A stretch of DNA of 27,186 nucleotides from a virus. Taxonomy: Duplodnaviria; Heunggongvirae; Uroviricota; Caudoviricetes. Numbering within the stretch: position 1 is the first letter of the stretch; each line of letters starts with the position of its first letter. The translations under genes were made by a program, and so were the position numbers. Location of the stretch: positions 1 to 27,186 of the IMG/VR virus record IMGVR_UViG_2537561936_000020; one strand, given 5' to 3'. The notes under the pieces are model-generated. The model was not told the DNA's origin. It did not search any database and saw nothing but the letters and a program-made list of their open reading frames with translations. Of this stretch, positions 1 to 8,580 are shown one piece after another.

Positions 1-630
1 AAGAAAATCGAAGACGCACAGCGTGCGGCCATTCTTCAGGACAAGGTTGCCTTGCTTCAGGGGGACCTGGCGAAAATCAATCCGCCGAAGCCTGTGGAAA
101 ATGGCAATGGCACCGGAGGTGATAAACCCAAAGACAACAAACCGCTCACAGACAGCAATACCGGTACACTACGCAGACTCAGCAAAATTGCTGATAACAC
201 AGGTAAGCTGGTTGATGAGACGAAAAAACGCATTGGCCCCGGCGATATTGTCTTTAAGAACCTGCCCCGCGCACTTGCTGTTCGTGGGGAGTGGCAGGAG
301 CGGAAGATTGCGCAGGTCGGTAAGCCTGCCCCCGCAATTAATATCACCCCCGTGGTCCCGGCTCCGCTGCCTCCGGCGCTGGTCCCTGTTGTTGCGGCCA
401 GCTCCCGCCCGGTGGCGGAGGCCATACGATCTCCAGTGGCATCAGTTCCTGTAACTTCCCGTAACCGGGAGCCTGTTGCCTCCGGATTTGGTGGTGAAAT
501 TCATGTTCATCTGCATAACGTTGTTACGCAGAATCCCCGCGAACTGGCGAAACTGGTCGGTGAAATGGTCAGGGCAGAAACGGAACGGCGCGCCCGTGCC
601 GGGCGTGGCAGTTTTTACGATAAAGATTGA
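1..630 (+). CDS. T: Tail tape measure protein, C-terminal part (5' end lies outside the window)
   Basis: Reading frame is open from base 1 and continuous with ORF 52..630. C-terminal sequence and its position directly upstream of a gpU homologue match P2 gpT from memory. Confidence 0.75.
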   Translation, partial: KKIEDAQRAAILQDKVALLQGDLAKINPPKPVENGNGTGGDKPKDNKPLTDSNTGTLRRLSKIADNTGKLVDETKKRIGPGDIVFKNLPRALAVRGEWQERKIAQVGKPAPAINITPVVPAPLPPALVPVVAASSRPVAEAIRSPVASVPVTSRNREPVASGFGGEIHVHLHNVVTQNPRELAKLVGEMVRAETERRARAGRGSFYDKD

Positions 631-636
631 GGAGTC

Positions 637-1131
637 ATGGCCATGATGATGATCTACGGCATGTTTGTTTTTGAGCTGCGCACACTGCCGCATCAGCAGT
701 TACAGCAAAACAAAAGCTGGCGGCATGTGAAAAATGAGCGCGTAAACCGCTCAGCAAGCTGGCAGTATATCGGTGCAGGTGATGATCGCATCGTGCTTTC
801 TGGCGTGCTTTATCCTGAAATTACAGGTGGCGAAGTGTCGCTTTCGCTGCTGACCACGCAGGCATATACAGGACGCCCCTGGCCTCTGATTGATGGTGTC
901 GGGCAGATTTACGGCATGTATGTACTGACTGAAACGAATACGACCCGCTCCGAGTTTGATCGCTACGGTAAGGCGAAAAAGATAGAATTTTCACTGACTC
1001 TTGAACGCTGTGATGAGGATTTGCGGGAGCGCCTGCAATCCTCATCGTTCAGTGATATGCTGTCCGGCTTCAAAGATAAGGTCACATCATCCCTTAACAG
1101 CGCGGCCAGCTCCGTTAAAGGGCTGTTTTGA
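637..1131 (+). CDS. U: Tail protein U (P2 gpU family)
   Basis: 164 aa. N-terminus (MMIYGMFVFELRTLPHQQLQ...WRH...GVLYPEITGG...WPLIDG) aligns with P2 gpU as recalled. Sits 6 bp after T. Confidence 0.85.
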   Translation: MAMMMIYGMFVFELRTLPHQQLQQNKSWRHVKNERVNRSASWQYIGAGDDRIVLSGVLYPEITGGEVSLSLLTTQAYTGRPWPLIDGVGQIYGMYVLTETNTTRSEFDRYGKAKKIEFSLTLERCDEDLRERLQSSSFSDMLSGFKDKVTSSLNSAASSVKGLF

Positions 1132-1138
1132 TTAACGC

Positions 1139-1168
1139 AAAACCGCTAATGGTCAGATTAGCGGTTTT
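1139..1168. terminator. Bidirectional hairpin between convergent U and invertase genes
   Basis: Perfect 12-bp inverted repeat AAAACCGCTAAT / ATTAGCGGTTTT with a 6-nt loop, followed by TTTTCATTTTCC on the + strand. It overlaps the invertase stop codon. Confidence 0.55.
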
Positions 1169-1757
1169 CATTTTCCTGAGTCTGCCTGGTTGTTTCTTCA
1201 GCCTGTATATCGCCTACAGGGTGATAACGATAAATCGTCGATATGCCGATGTCGTAAATGATCGCCAGTTGTTTCCTGTCATGACCGTTTTTAATCAGCC
1301 TCGCTATTTGCTCGTGTTGTTCTTTTGTCAACTTCGGGCGACGTCCGCCAATGCGTCCTTGTGCGCGTGCTGCTGCCAGCCCGGCCAGTGTACGCTCTAC
1401 AATTAATTCACGTTCCATTTCGGCTAAAGCCCCCATGACGTGAAAAAAGAAACGCCCCATGGGTGTTGATGTGTCAATGCTGTCCGTCAGACTACGGAAA
1501 TTAACACCTTTTTTCCGCAATTCCTCAATAAGCGTGATCAGGTGTTTCATACTTCTGCCCAGTCTGTCCAGCTTCCAGACAACCAGCGTATCTCCTTCTG
1601 ATAGCGTTCTGAGCAGTTTTTTCAATCCCGGTCTGGCTGATTTCGTTCCGCTGATTTTATCTTCAAAAATCAGTTCACATCCTGCGCAGTTCAGTGCATT
1701 GCGTTGTAAATCCGTGTTCTGGTCATTTGTTGACACACGAATATAGCCAATTTGCAT
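1158..1757 (-). CDS. Serine recombinase, DNA invertase of the Hin/Gin/Cin/Pin/Min family
   Basis: From internal Met: MQIGYIRVSTNDQNTDLQRNAL...LVVWKLDRLGRS...GRFFFHVMGALAEMERELIVERTLAGLAAARAQGR...IIYDIGISTIYR. Catalytic Ser in RVS and C-terminal HTH present. ORF-track start 1952 is an upstream extension; ATG at 1755-1757 checked in the DNA. Confidence 0.92.
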   Translation of the reverse strand: MQIGYIRVSTNDQNTDLQRNALNCAGCELIFEDKISGTKSARPGLKKLLRTLSEGDTLVVWKLDRLGRSMKHLITLIEELRKKGVNFRSLTDSIDTSTPMGRFFFHVMGALAEMERELIVERTLAGLAAARAQGRIGGRRPKLTKEQHEQIARLIKNGHDRKQLAIIYDIGISTIYRYHPVGDIQAEETTRQTQENENR

Positions 1758-1811
1758 AAAAAACATCCTTTTTGTTTCGTGAAAAATACATAGTTGGTAT
1801 AGGTAGGGATA

Positions 1812-1837
1812 AAGACGAAAACGTTGGTTTGGGGGAA
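1812..1837 (+). other. Candidate crossover site D (hix/gix-like, 12-2-12)
   Basis: AAGACGAAAACG-TT-GGTTTGGGGGAA. AAAAC(G/C)..GGTTT halves around a 2-bp core as in Hin-family sites. Lies exactly at the start of cassette 4. Confidence 0.6.
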
Positions 1838-2296
1838 GGCTCTGCGCTGCCCGTTGGTGTGCCCGTTCCATGGCCCTCAGCCACGCTGCCAACGGGGTGG
1901 CTGAAATGTAACGGCGCAGCATTTTCTTCTGAAATGTACCCCAATCTGGCAAAGGCCTACCCCACCAATAAATTACCGGATTTACGGGGCGAATTTATTC
2001 GCGGCTGGGATGACGGACGGGGCGTTGATAATGGGCGCAACCTACTGTCTGCACAGTCTGACGCTATTCAGAATATAGTTGGCACTTTTGGGCGTACTCA
2101 GCTTTTTAAAGATGCGCTTAATTCAGGACCATTTAGTCAAACTGACTCTATATTATCAGTAGGCTTACAACCAACTGAGATCATTGAAGGATATGGTGCT
2201 TCTGTATGGACATTCGACGCCTCTCGCTCAGTTCGCACAGCATCTGAAACACGCCCCCATAACATTGCGTTTAATTACATCGTAAGGGCAGCATGA
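1826..2296 (+). CDS. Silent alternative tail-fibre C-terminal cassette 4 (tail-collar-type domain)
   Basis: Shares the conserved start GEGSALPVGVPVPWP..GWLKCNGAAFSSEMYP..LPDLRGEFIRGWDDGRGVD and conserved end ETRPHNIAFNYIVRAA with the H C-terminus; central part is unique. No start codon of its own; ORF-track ATG at 1772 is probably fortuitous. Confidence 0.7.
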   Translation, partial: GLGEGSALPVGVPVPWPSATLPTGWLKCNGAAFSSEMYPNLAKAYPTNKLPDLRGEFIRGWDDGRGVDNGRNLLSAQSDAIQNIVGTFGRTQLFKDALNSGPFSQTDSILSVGLQPTEIIEGYGASVWTFDASRSVRTASETRPHNIAFNYIVRAA

Positions 2297-2315
2297 AAAC
2301 GTTGGTTTAGGAGAA
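2290..2315 (+). other. Candidate crossover site C (hix/gix-like)
   Basis: AGCATGAAAACG-TT-GGTTTAGGAGAA. Spans the stop of cassette 4 and the start of cassette 3. Confidence 0.6.
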
Positions 2316-2783
2316 GGCTCTGCACTGCCCGTTGGTGTGCCCGTTCCGTGGCCCTTAGCAACACCACCAACGGGCTGGCTGAAATGTAACGGTGCAGCAT
2401 TTTCTTCTGAAATGTACCCCAATCTGGCAAAAGCCTACCCCACCAATAAATTACCGGATTTACGGGGCGAATTTATTCGTGGCTGGGATGATGGGCGAGG
2501 AATTGATGCAGCACGCGCTTTATTGAGCATTCAAACCGGGATGTTGGAAAAACACCGCCATATTGTTGTAGCTAACGATGGATATGACACAAAGGATGAA
2601 TGGGAGTTGGCCACGATTTTCAAAAAAACATATACACAAGGCAGGGGGCTTGATGCCACAAATACAGGAGGGAGTTTGATTCCATCACCAACGCTTCATT
2701 CACGAGGAAGTATTGGTAACACAGGTGGTAGTGAAACCCGCCCCCGCAATATTGCATTTAACTATATCGTGAGGGCGGCTTAG
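2304..2783 (+). CDS. Silent alternative tail-fibre C-terminal cassette 3
   Basis: Same conserved N- and C-terminal blocks (…ETRPRNIAFNYIVRAA*) with a unique middle. Begins at the crossover core with no start codon of its own. Confidence 0.7.
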   Translation, partial: GLGEGSALPVGVPVPWPLATPPTGWLKCNGAAFSSEMYPNLAKAYPTNKLPDLRGEFIRGWDDGRGIDAARALLSIQTGMLEKHRHIVVANDGYDTKDEWELATIFKKTYTQGRGLDATNTGGSLIPSPTLHSRGSIGNTGGSETRPRNIAFNYIVRAA

Positions 2784-2789
2784 TTATAT

Positions 2790-3401
2790 TCAACTGGCTG
2801 ATGCCAGTGGTATTCCCGGCAAGTTGATATCTGGTGCCATGTTTATATCCATTGCGTTCAGCGCGTCTATATAATCCAGCACGGCATTAAGCCGGGTGGT
2901 TTCTGCCTGCGTCAACTTCCGCCCGGCCCGCAACTTCAACTGAATCAGACTTATGGAATCCATTGCCGCATCAGCCAGTGACTGGCGCTTGGTTTCTGCC
3001 GCTTCTACTGCGGCACTATGTTGTGCCTCAGTATCTGTCACCCATTTTTCACCATCCCATTTATCGTATGGTGTTGACGGGGAGATAGTGGTTGTATTTT
3101 TCGGGTAGTCACCTAGCGTCGTGATTTCTTCGGTGTTTCCCGTGTCAGTGTTATAGACGGTTTCACCACGATGATCTGGCGTATACTCCCATGAATTTAA
3201 ATTCTCCGAACGGCGGATAGCATAGCCCGCTTTATGTGCGCCCGGGGCATCTAAACAGGAATTTGCCGGAATACCGACACCCGCAGCAAGATATTCAGTT
3301 GATTCGGAAATATATTCCCGTGTCTCACCATCATAGTTATAAACGACGATGTTTCCTGCCTGTACGGCAATAAGGTCATCATTTAATATCGCGTTATTCA
3401 T
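2790..3401 (-). CDS. tfa: Tail fibre assembly chaperone (Tfa / P2 gpG-like)
   Basis: 203 aa. GVGIPANS...EYTPDHRGETVYNTDTG...YDKWDGEKWVTDTEAQ and a C-terminal helical region typical of lambda Tfa / P2 G family. ATG overlaps the TAA of cassette 2 (TAATG). Confidence 0.8.
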   Translation of the reverse strand: MNNAILNDDLIAVQAGNIVVYNYDGETREYISESTEYLAAGVGIPANSCLDAPGAHKAGYAIRRSENLNSWEYTPDHRGETVYNTDTGNTEEITTLGDYPKNTTTISPSTPYDKWDGEKWVTDTEAQHSAAVEAAETKRQSLADAAMDSISLIQLKLRAGRKLTQAETTRLNAVLDYIDALNAMDINMAPDINLPGIPLASAS

Positions 3402-3859
3402 TATGCGGTTCTCACAATATAATTGAAGGCAATATTGCGTGGGCGGGTTTCATTCCCCTCTGAGGATTCCGTTCTGTATTGACTGGTAAATCTACCGTTA
3501 ATTGCACCTTGCCGGACGGCGTTATCTGTCGACAACAGACTATCCCCGCCTTTGTCATTTGGCACCAGTACCGTGTTATCCCACGCATCCCATGACCGAA
3601 TATTATGATAATGACTTCCTGTTAACCACCCCTGCATGCTTAAGATGACCCTTCCGGCATCCACCCCGCGCCCATCATCCCAGCCACGGATAAATTCACC
3701 GCGTAAGTCTGGTAATTTATTGGTGGGGTAAGCCATTGCCAGTCTGGGATACATTTCAGAAGAAAATGCTGCGCCGTTACATTTCAGCCACCCCGTTGGC
3801 GGCGTGGCTGAGGGCCATGGAACAGGTACACCAACGGGCAGTGCAGAGCCTTCCCCCAA
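3401..3859 (-). CDS. Silent alternative tail-fibre C-terminal cassette 2
   Basis: Conserved N and C blocks (…NIAFNYIVRTA*). The ORF-track start is TTG within the crossover site; translationally coupled to tfa. Confidence 0.7.
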   Translation of the reverse strand: MGEGSALPVGVPVPWPSATPPTGWLKCNGAAFSSEMYPRLAMAYPTNKLPDLRGEFIRGWDDGRGVDAGRVILSMQGWLTGSHYHNIRSWDAWDNTVLVPNDKGGDSLLSTDNAVRQGAINGRFTSQYRTESSEGNETRPRNIAFNYIVRTA

Positions 3860-3876
3860 ACCAACGTTTTCATGCT
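3851..3876 (-). other. Candidate crossover site B (hix/gix-like)
   Basis: On the - strand AGCATGAAAACG-TT-GGTTTGGGGGAA, matching site D in its right half and site C in its left half. Overlaps the H stop codon. Confidence 0.6.
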
Positions 3877-5513
3877 GCTCTTACGATGTAATTAAACGCA
3901 ATGTTGCGTGGGCGGTTTTCGTTTGCAGTTGGAACAATTCTTGAAGCATCAAGGCCAATCACTTTTGGGTAAACAGTGCCATCTGTTCTTTCAGTCACCA
4001 TACTTCTGATTAAGGAGAAATAACTATTGTTCGTTGAGGGACTCAAAGGCACCACTGCCCCCTTAAATGAGTCTACTGATTCCCATATTGAATAATTTTC
4101 GGTGTTTACAGTCTTGAACTCACCATAGATATTACGTATGGCATCACCTTGAGCGGATAATATTGTTCTCCCCGCATCCACACCACGTCCGTCATCCCAA
4201 CCACGGATAAATTCACCGCGTAAATCCGGTAATTTATTGGTGGGATAAGCCTTTGCCAGTTTTGGGTACTTTTCAGAAGAAAATGCTGCTCCGTTGCATT
4301 TCAGCCATCCCGTTGGCGGTGTTTCTAAGGGCCACGGAACGGGTACACCAACGGGCAGTGCAGAGCCTTCCCCCAAACCAAGGTAATCAAGAACTCCCTG
4401 AGTGCTGGTTTTGCCAAGAATGGCACGTCCAACACTTGTCAACGCGGTTAACGCGGCACGATCTGCCCCTGTAAAATATGGGAGTTTATCTGCTGATGTA
4501 GCAAGCTCCGCCAGCGCCGTCAGGGTGGCATCCTTCGGTTGCTTACCCGCAAGCGCGTTAGTCATGGTGGTCGCAAAATTCGGGTCATTGCCCAGCGCCG
4601 CAGCCAGTTCGTTCAGCGTGTTCAGTGCATCAGGTGACGAGTCTACAAGTGCGGCAATCGCGGCCATAACGAAAGCCGTGCTTGCGATCTGGGTACTATT
4701 AGTCCCCTGTGCCGCTGTTGGTGTTGTTGGCGTTCCGGTCAGTGCCGGGCTGTTTAATGGTGCTTTCTTGTTCGTTTCATCCATTACCGCCTTAACAGCT
4801 TTTGGTGTCGCTGCCAGTGTTTCAGACGTGCTGTTCGTGGCGCTACTGAGCTGAACAATCCCTTTTTGTGTAGTGGTGGCGTTCTGGGCGGTATATTTCT
4901 CGTTAGCCAGGTCATATGCAGCCTTAACCGCTTTCGGTGTTGCGGCCAGTGTTTCTGATTCACTGTTAATTGCACTGCTTAACTGAGTAAAACCTTTTAC
5001 GGTCAGCGAGGCGTCTGGGTGACGTCGTGACTGTTCGTGCTCTGAGATTTTATCATCCACATATTTGCGGGTTGCCAGAACCACAGACGGGTCGATTTTC
5101 AGCGTGATGGCTTCGGTGTTCGTGACAACCAGAATCATGCGGATAGTCTGGGTGCGTCCACTGCCTTCCTGCAACTGCGGTTTGTACGTTTCCGGGCAGT
5201 TTGCCACCGCAATGAGTACACCTTCATCATCATAAAGACCAATCTCACGGATCCAGAATCCTCCCTCGTTTTCAGGGATGATTTGCTCCGCAATAATCTG
5301 GCTCTGATTGTTAGGGTCAACACTCAGAAGATTCAGCGGTGCAATGCGTTTCTGGTTAATCAGTTTTGTTTGTGCAGGGTCTGGTGTTGGTAACACACCA
5401 TTTGCATCACCAACGGCCATTTGCGTCAGATTCAGCTTACTGCCGAGCATCGTCGCGTTAGCCAGTCGTGCTGCGCCCTGATTAGTCAGAATGGCGTAGT
5501 ATTTCACTGTCAT
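3870..5513 (-). CDS. H: Tail fibre protein H: P2-like constant N-terminal region fused to invertible C-terminal cassette 1
   Basis: 547 aa. First ~390 aa match P2 gpH (…YVDDKISEHEQSRRHPDASLTVKGFTQLSSA…ATPKAVKAVMDETNKKAPLNSPALTGTPTTPTA…). C-terminal ~160 aa is the cassette-type domain ending NIAFNYIVRAA. Confidence 0.9.
   Translation of the reverse strand: MTVKYYAILTNQGAARLANATMLGSKLNLTQMAVGDANGVLPTPDPAQTKLINQKRIAPLNLLSVDPNNQSQIIAEQIIPENEGGFWIREIGLYDDEGVLIAVANCPETYKPQLQEGSGRTQTIRMILVVTNTEAITLKIDPSVVLATRKYVDDKISEHEQSRRHPDASLTVKGFTQLSSAINSESETLAATPKAVKAAYDLANEKYTAQNATTTQKGIVQLSSATNSTSETLAATPKAVKAVMDETNKKAPLNSPALTGTPTTPTAAQGTNSTQIASTAFVMAAIAALVDSSPDALNTLNELAAALGNDPNFATTMTNALAGKQPKDATLTALAELATSADKLPYFTGADRAALTALTSVGRAILGKTSTQGVLDYLGLGEGSALPVGVPVPWPLETPPTGWLKCNGAAFSSEKYPKLAKAYPTNKLPDLRGEFIRGWDDGRGVDAGRTILSAQGDAIRNIYGEFKTVNTENYSIWESVDSFKGAVVPLSPSTNNSYFSLIRSMVTERTDGTVYPKVIGLDASRIVPTANENRPRNIAFNYIVRAA
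4368..4393 (-). other. Candidate crossover site A inside H (constant/variable junction)
   Basis: On the - strand TTCTTGATTACC-TT-GGTTTGGGGGAA. Left half resembles hixL TTCTTGAAAACC; right half is identical to sites B and D. Confidence 0.6.
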
Positions 5514-6118
5514 GCGTTTACTCTCAGATTATCAATTAAATGAATGGCCGGGGCAGGGAAATAATCCCCTTCGACAATAATGGACTCCGGGGTGTAGGGA
5601 TAAACCGTCAGGGCATCGCCGTGATAGCATCCCGTACCAACGAAAATCTTTCCGTTCACACTCAGGCTGATCGCCAGCCCCGTCAGATGGCGACTTACTG
5701 GTTTTGCATCCGCAATAAGGCGCTCAAGTTCCTGATACATTTCATCGGTGATGCCCTGATCAAGTACTCCGACAACAATGCGAAATGTTCCTGGCTCCTC
5801 GTTGAGTTGCCACCACTCCTTTACTTCAATCAGGTAGCCGAGAGGCTCCACGGCTCTTCGCAGTGCGCTGATGGTCCCTTTGTGTCGGTGTATCAGCCAT
5901 GCATCACGAATTACCTGTCGCTTTGTCTCTTCCGGCCAGTTGCGATCCCAGCGGTCAACGGAAAACGCCCAGGCGAGATAAGGCAGCAGATGCACCGGGC
6001 AGGTGTCCGGCGACCACAGCGTGTTGAGGTCTACCGGAATGTCTGTAATGCGTGTTCCGACGGCTTCGGCACAACGCATGAAATTGCTGGCTGATGGTGG
6101 TAACAGTGAATTACTCAT
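5510..6118 (-). CDS. I: Baseplate assembly protein I
   Basis: From Met12 (MSNSLLPP…): LWSPDTCPVHLLPYLAWAFSVDRWD..W.E..KR.VIRDA matches P2 gpI. ATG at 6116-6118 checked. ORF-track start 6151 is an alternative. Confidence 0.85.
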   Translation of the reverse strand: MSNSLLPPSASNFMRCAEAVGTRITDIPVDLNTLWSPDTCPVHLLPYLAWAFSVDRWDRNWPEETKRQVIRDAWLIHRHKGTISALRRAVEPLGYLIEVKEWWQLNEEPGTFRIVVGVLDQGITDEMYQELERLIADAKPVSRHLTGLAISLSVNGKIFVGTGCYHGDALTVYPYTPESIIVEGDYFPAPAIHLIDNLRVNA

Positions 6119-7007
6119 TGCGTCCACCTTCGCTGATGGTGAATGACTCACAGCGCGCCGCCTGTATGTCGCTGATGGTCATATTCTGTGTGGGTTCGAT
6201 TATCTCCACGCGTTGCACACCGTGCACATGCAGTGCGGCAGCAATGGCGGACAACGCCACGTCCTGACCGATAAGCCCCTGCTCAGCCAGCCACTTCCTG
6301 AACGACGATTCAGCCGCGGCCAGAATAGGTTCGGATTCCGGGCCGGGGTAAAAGTACAGTTTTGCATTCAGCCGCCATGTCACGATTCTGGCGCTCTGTA
6401 CGGTCAGGCGGTCGGCCACCGGGCGGGTATCCTCTGCATTCAGAACGGCGCGAACGGTATTAAGCAACGCCTCCGTTGCTGTGCCGTCGCCTTCAGTGGA
6501 CAGAATGGAAACCGTCACATTTGCCGGAGACGGACTGATAGCCCGCGCATCACGCACCAGACCGCTGGCGCTGCGTGCAAAATACTCGTATGCACCTGAC
6601 GGGCCAGCAACACTCAGGCCGTCGTACGCCCGCTGCGCCCGCAGTCTCAGCGAGGTGTCGCTCTCCATCACCGCGTCGGTGGTATCCGTTGCCGGAGTGA
6701 TAACCAGGCGTTTTGTGTTCATATTGCCCGCGAGGTTGTCCAGGTCTGTCCCGGCGCTGTGGCTTAACATGCAGGCGCGTGCCCCCTCGTTAACCCGCTG
6801 GCGTAACAGCATTTCACGAAACGACATGGTTTGAGCGATAACGTTAAGGGGTTCCGATTCCAGCTCCAGCGCGGCGGAAACGGCTTCACGCTGTTCGGCG
6901 GGATAAGCCGCAATCATCATGGCCTTTGTGTCAGCCAGAATTGCCTCAAAGTCAGGCTCCGCGATGATGGCGGGTTCCGGTAACTGGGAAAGGTCAACGG
7001 CAGGCAT
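6111..7007 (-). CDS. J: Baseplate assembly protein J
   Basis: 298 aa. P2 gpJ-like sequence and position between W and I. Confidence 0.85.
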   Translation of the reverse strand: MPAVDLSQLPEPAIIAEPDFEAILADTKAMMIAAYPAEQREAVSAALELESEPLNVIAQTMSFREMLLRQRVNEGARACMLSHSAGTDLDNLAGNMNTKRLVITPATDTTDAVMESDTSLRLRAQRAYDGLSVAGPSGAYEYFARSASGLVRDARAISPSPANVTVSILSTEGDGTATEALLNTVRAVLNAEDTRPVADRLTVQSARIVTWRLNAKLYFYPGPESEPILAAAESSFRKWLAEQGLIGQDVALSAIAAALHVHGVQRVEIIEPTQNMTISDIQAARCESFTISEGGRNE

Positions 7008-7010
7008 GAT

Positions 7011-7361
7011 TTACTCCCTCAGCGTGATGGTTAATTCAACATTCTGCATGGTCTGCATGACAGTGCCCGACAGCGTCACCCCGGCGCGGCCTCCCGCTTT
7101 CCAGACAACGTCGATGGCATCCAGGGCAATGCGGGGTTCCCATCGTGTCAGCGCAATCACGGCAGCACTCATGCATTGCAGACGCGTGGTGTTATTCATG
7201 GGTTCGTCAATCAAATCAGGCACAAGGCTGCCATATTCCCGTCGCATAACCCGGCTTGCCAGTGGGGTGGTCAGGATGTCCCTGACTGACTGTTTCAGGT
7301 GCTCCATATCGTTCAGGTTTCCCGTCCCGTCCGGATTCATTCCTGTGTAGCGGGTTGTCAC
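7011..7361 (-). CDS. W: Baseplate protein W (gp25-like)
   Basis: 116 aa. …LKQSVRDILTTPLASRVMRREYGSLVPDLIDEP… matches the P2 gpW family. Confidence 0.85.
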   Translation of the reverse strand: MTTRYTGMNPDGTGNLNDMEHLKQSVRDILTTPLASRVMRREYGSLVPDLIDEPMNNTTRLQCMSAAVIALTRWEPRIALDAIDVVWKAGGRAGVTLSGTVMQTMQNVELTITLRE

Positions 7362-7939
7362 TGCGGGCCTCCTGTCGAATCGCTGCCGCCTTTCACGCCA
7401 CCGTGTTTATGCGTATGCACGGTAATGCCGTTTGAGGTGAAATCGCCGCCGCTGTGCGTGATATTGCCGCTCATCTTTCCTCCTTTTGTGACGTCAAGCG
7501 TCGCCGTTCTCAGAAGGTTTGTGCATTCCACGACGGGCGTGTCCAGTGTCACGCTGACGGATGCCTGTAAAGTGGCCGTTTTCATGCCGCTGGCGCTCAG
7601 TGCGCCTGCGTCCGCGTCGTAGCGGAACACCGCGCCGTCCGGCGCGCTGATCACGATTTCTTTCAGGCTTTTGCCGGGTGCCGGATTGGCATCACTCCAC
7701 AGGCTGCCAATTATCATGGCGGTTTCCGGGTTGCCGCCAATGCAGGCAATTACCACCTGTTCGCCTGGTGATGGCGGCAGCCACACATTGAAGGCTCCCG
7801 CGCGCGTGGTGTTCCAGCGCAACCAGCCTGTCTCCAGTTCGCCGCTGCGAACGCGCACGCGCCAGGACTTCTCATCAACTTCAGAGATGATCCCGGTGCG
7901 GATGATATTGCTCAGCAGTCGCATGAGTTCTGCGCTCAC
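7358..7939 (-). CDS. V: Baseplate spike protein V
   Basis: 193 aa. …IIGSLWSDANPAP…SGNITHSGGDFTSNGITVHTHKH… matches P2 gpV. Confidence 0.85.
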   Translation of the reverse strand: MSAELMRLLSNIIRTGIISEVDEKSWRVRVRSGELETGWLRWNTTRAGAFNVWLPPSPGEQVVIACIGGNPETAMIIGSLWSDANPAPGKSLKEIVISAPDGAVFRYDADAGALSASGMKTATLQASVSVTLDTPVVECTNLLRTATLDVTKGGKMSGNITHSGGDFTSNGITVHTHKHGGVKGGSDSTGGPQ

Positions 7940-8580
7940 CGTACAGCCTCCGCAATCCGGCCCAGCACCGTGTTATAAATCAGGCGCTCATCTGCCTGGC
8001 TGATACCCAACAGCTCACGTACCGGGTAATCGGTGAAAATGCCCGGCGCAACCTGATCGCGCTCACCGAACTGATGAACGCGGGCAATACGTGCGGCCAC
8101 GCCGCTGTAACCCACCGTCACACCGGAAGTATCCGCACGGGCTTTCAGGTAGCGGGCGGTGCGCAGTTTTACGAACATGGGGACGCGCTTTGTGCTGTCC
8201 TGGTTGATGCGCCGGGTGCGTATTTCCAGAAAGCGGTCGATGTCATCCCGGTAAAACGTGCGGATGTTGTTTTTATCCTCATCCCACCCGGTGATGGTTC
8301 GCCCGTATTTCCCCGTGTCGTGATGCCAGTTTTTCAGCGTGCGTGCTTCGTTATTCCAGATAAAGCGAATGCGTTCCTGTATCCGGGTTACGCGGCGTCT
8401 GCGTGGTGTCCATGCGGTCCCGTCCGGCGCTTTCTGTGACCGGATACGTGCCTGCTGGGCGCGACGTAAATCCTGTGCCAGCTTTCTGGCGATGTTATTG
8501 ATGGCCTGCTGATTCAGGCTGTCGCGGATGGACTCAAAGGTTTCATCCACGCGGGTGAATGCCTTATCCATCGCTTTCAC
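7936..8580 (-). CDS. S: Tail completion / virion morphogenesis protein (gpS-like)
   Basis: Position between R and V with overlapping stop/start codons; basic protein. Longer than P2 S, so the N-terminal boundary is uncertain. Confidence 0.6.
   Translation of the reverse strand: MKAMDKAFTRVDETFESIRDSLNQQAINNIARKLAQDLRRAQQARIRSQKAPDGTAWTPRRRRVTRIQERIRFIWNNEARTLKNWHHDTGKYGRTITGWDEDKNNIRTFYRDDIDRFLEIRTRRINQDSTKRVPMFVKLRTARYLKARADTSGVTVGYSGVAARIARVHQFGERDQVAPGIFTDYPVRELLGISQADERLIYNTVLGRIAEAVR

Noticed and set aside
1139-1168. Hairpin after U as a fifth invertase crossover site
   Set aside because: It contains AAAACC and GGTTTT, but they are separated by 18 nt rather than a 2-bp core, so it fits a terminator and not a hix-like site.
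1772-1825. ATG-initiated N-terminal extension of cassette 4 (ORF-track start at 1772)
   Set aside because: The extension runs through the invertase promoter gap and the crossover site. The cassette is read as a start-less silent module activated only by fusion to H.
4253-4975. Antisense ORFs inside tail fibre gene H (for example 4402..4854 +)
   Set aside because: They lie opposite a confidently identified structural gene and are alanine/serine-rich, as expected from the reverse frame of GC-rich coding sequence. The same applies to other opposite-strand ORFs in the track inside J, V, S, N, P, Q and A.
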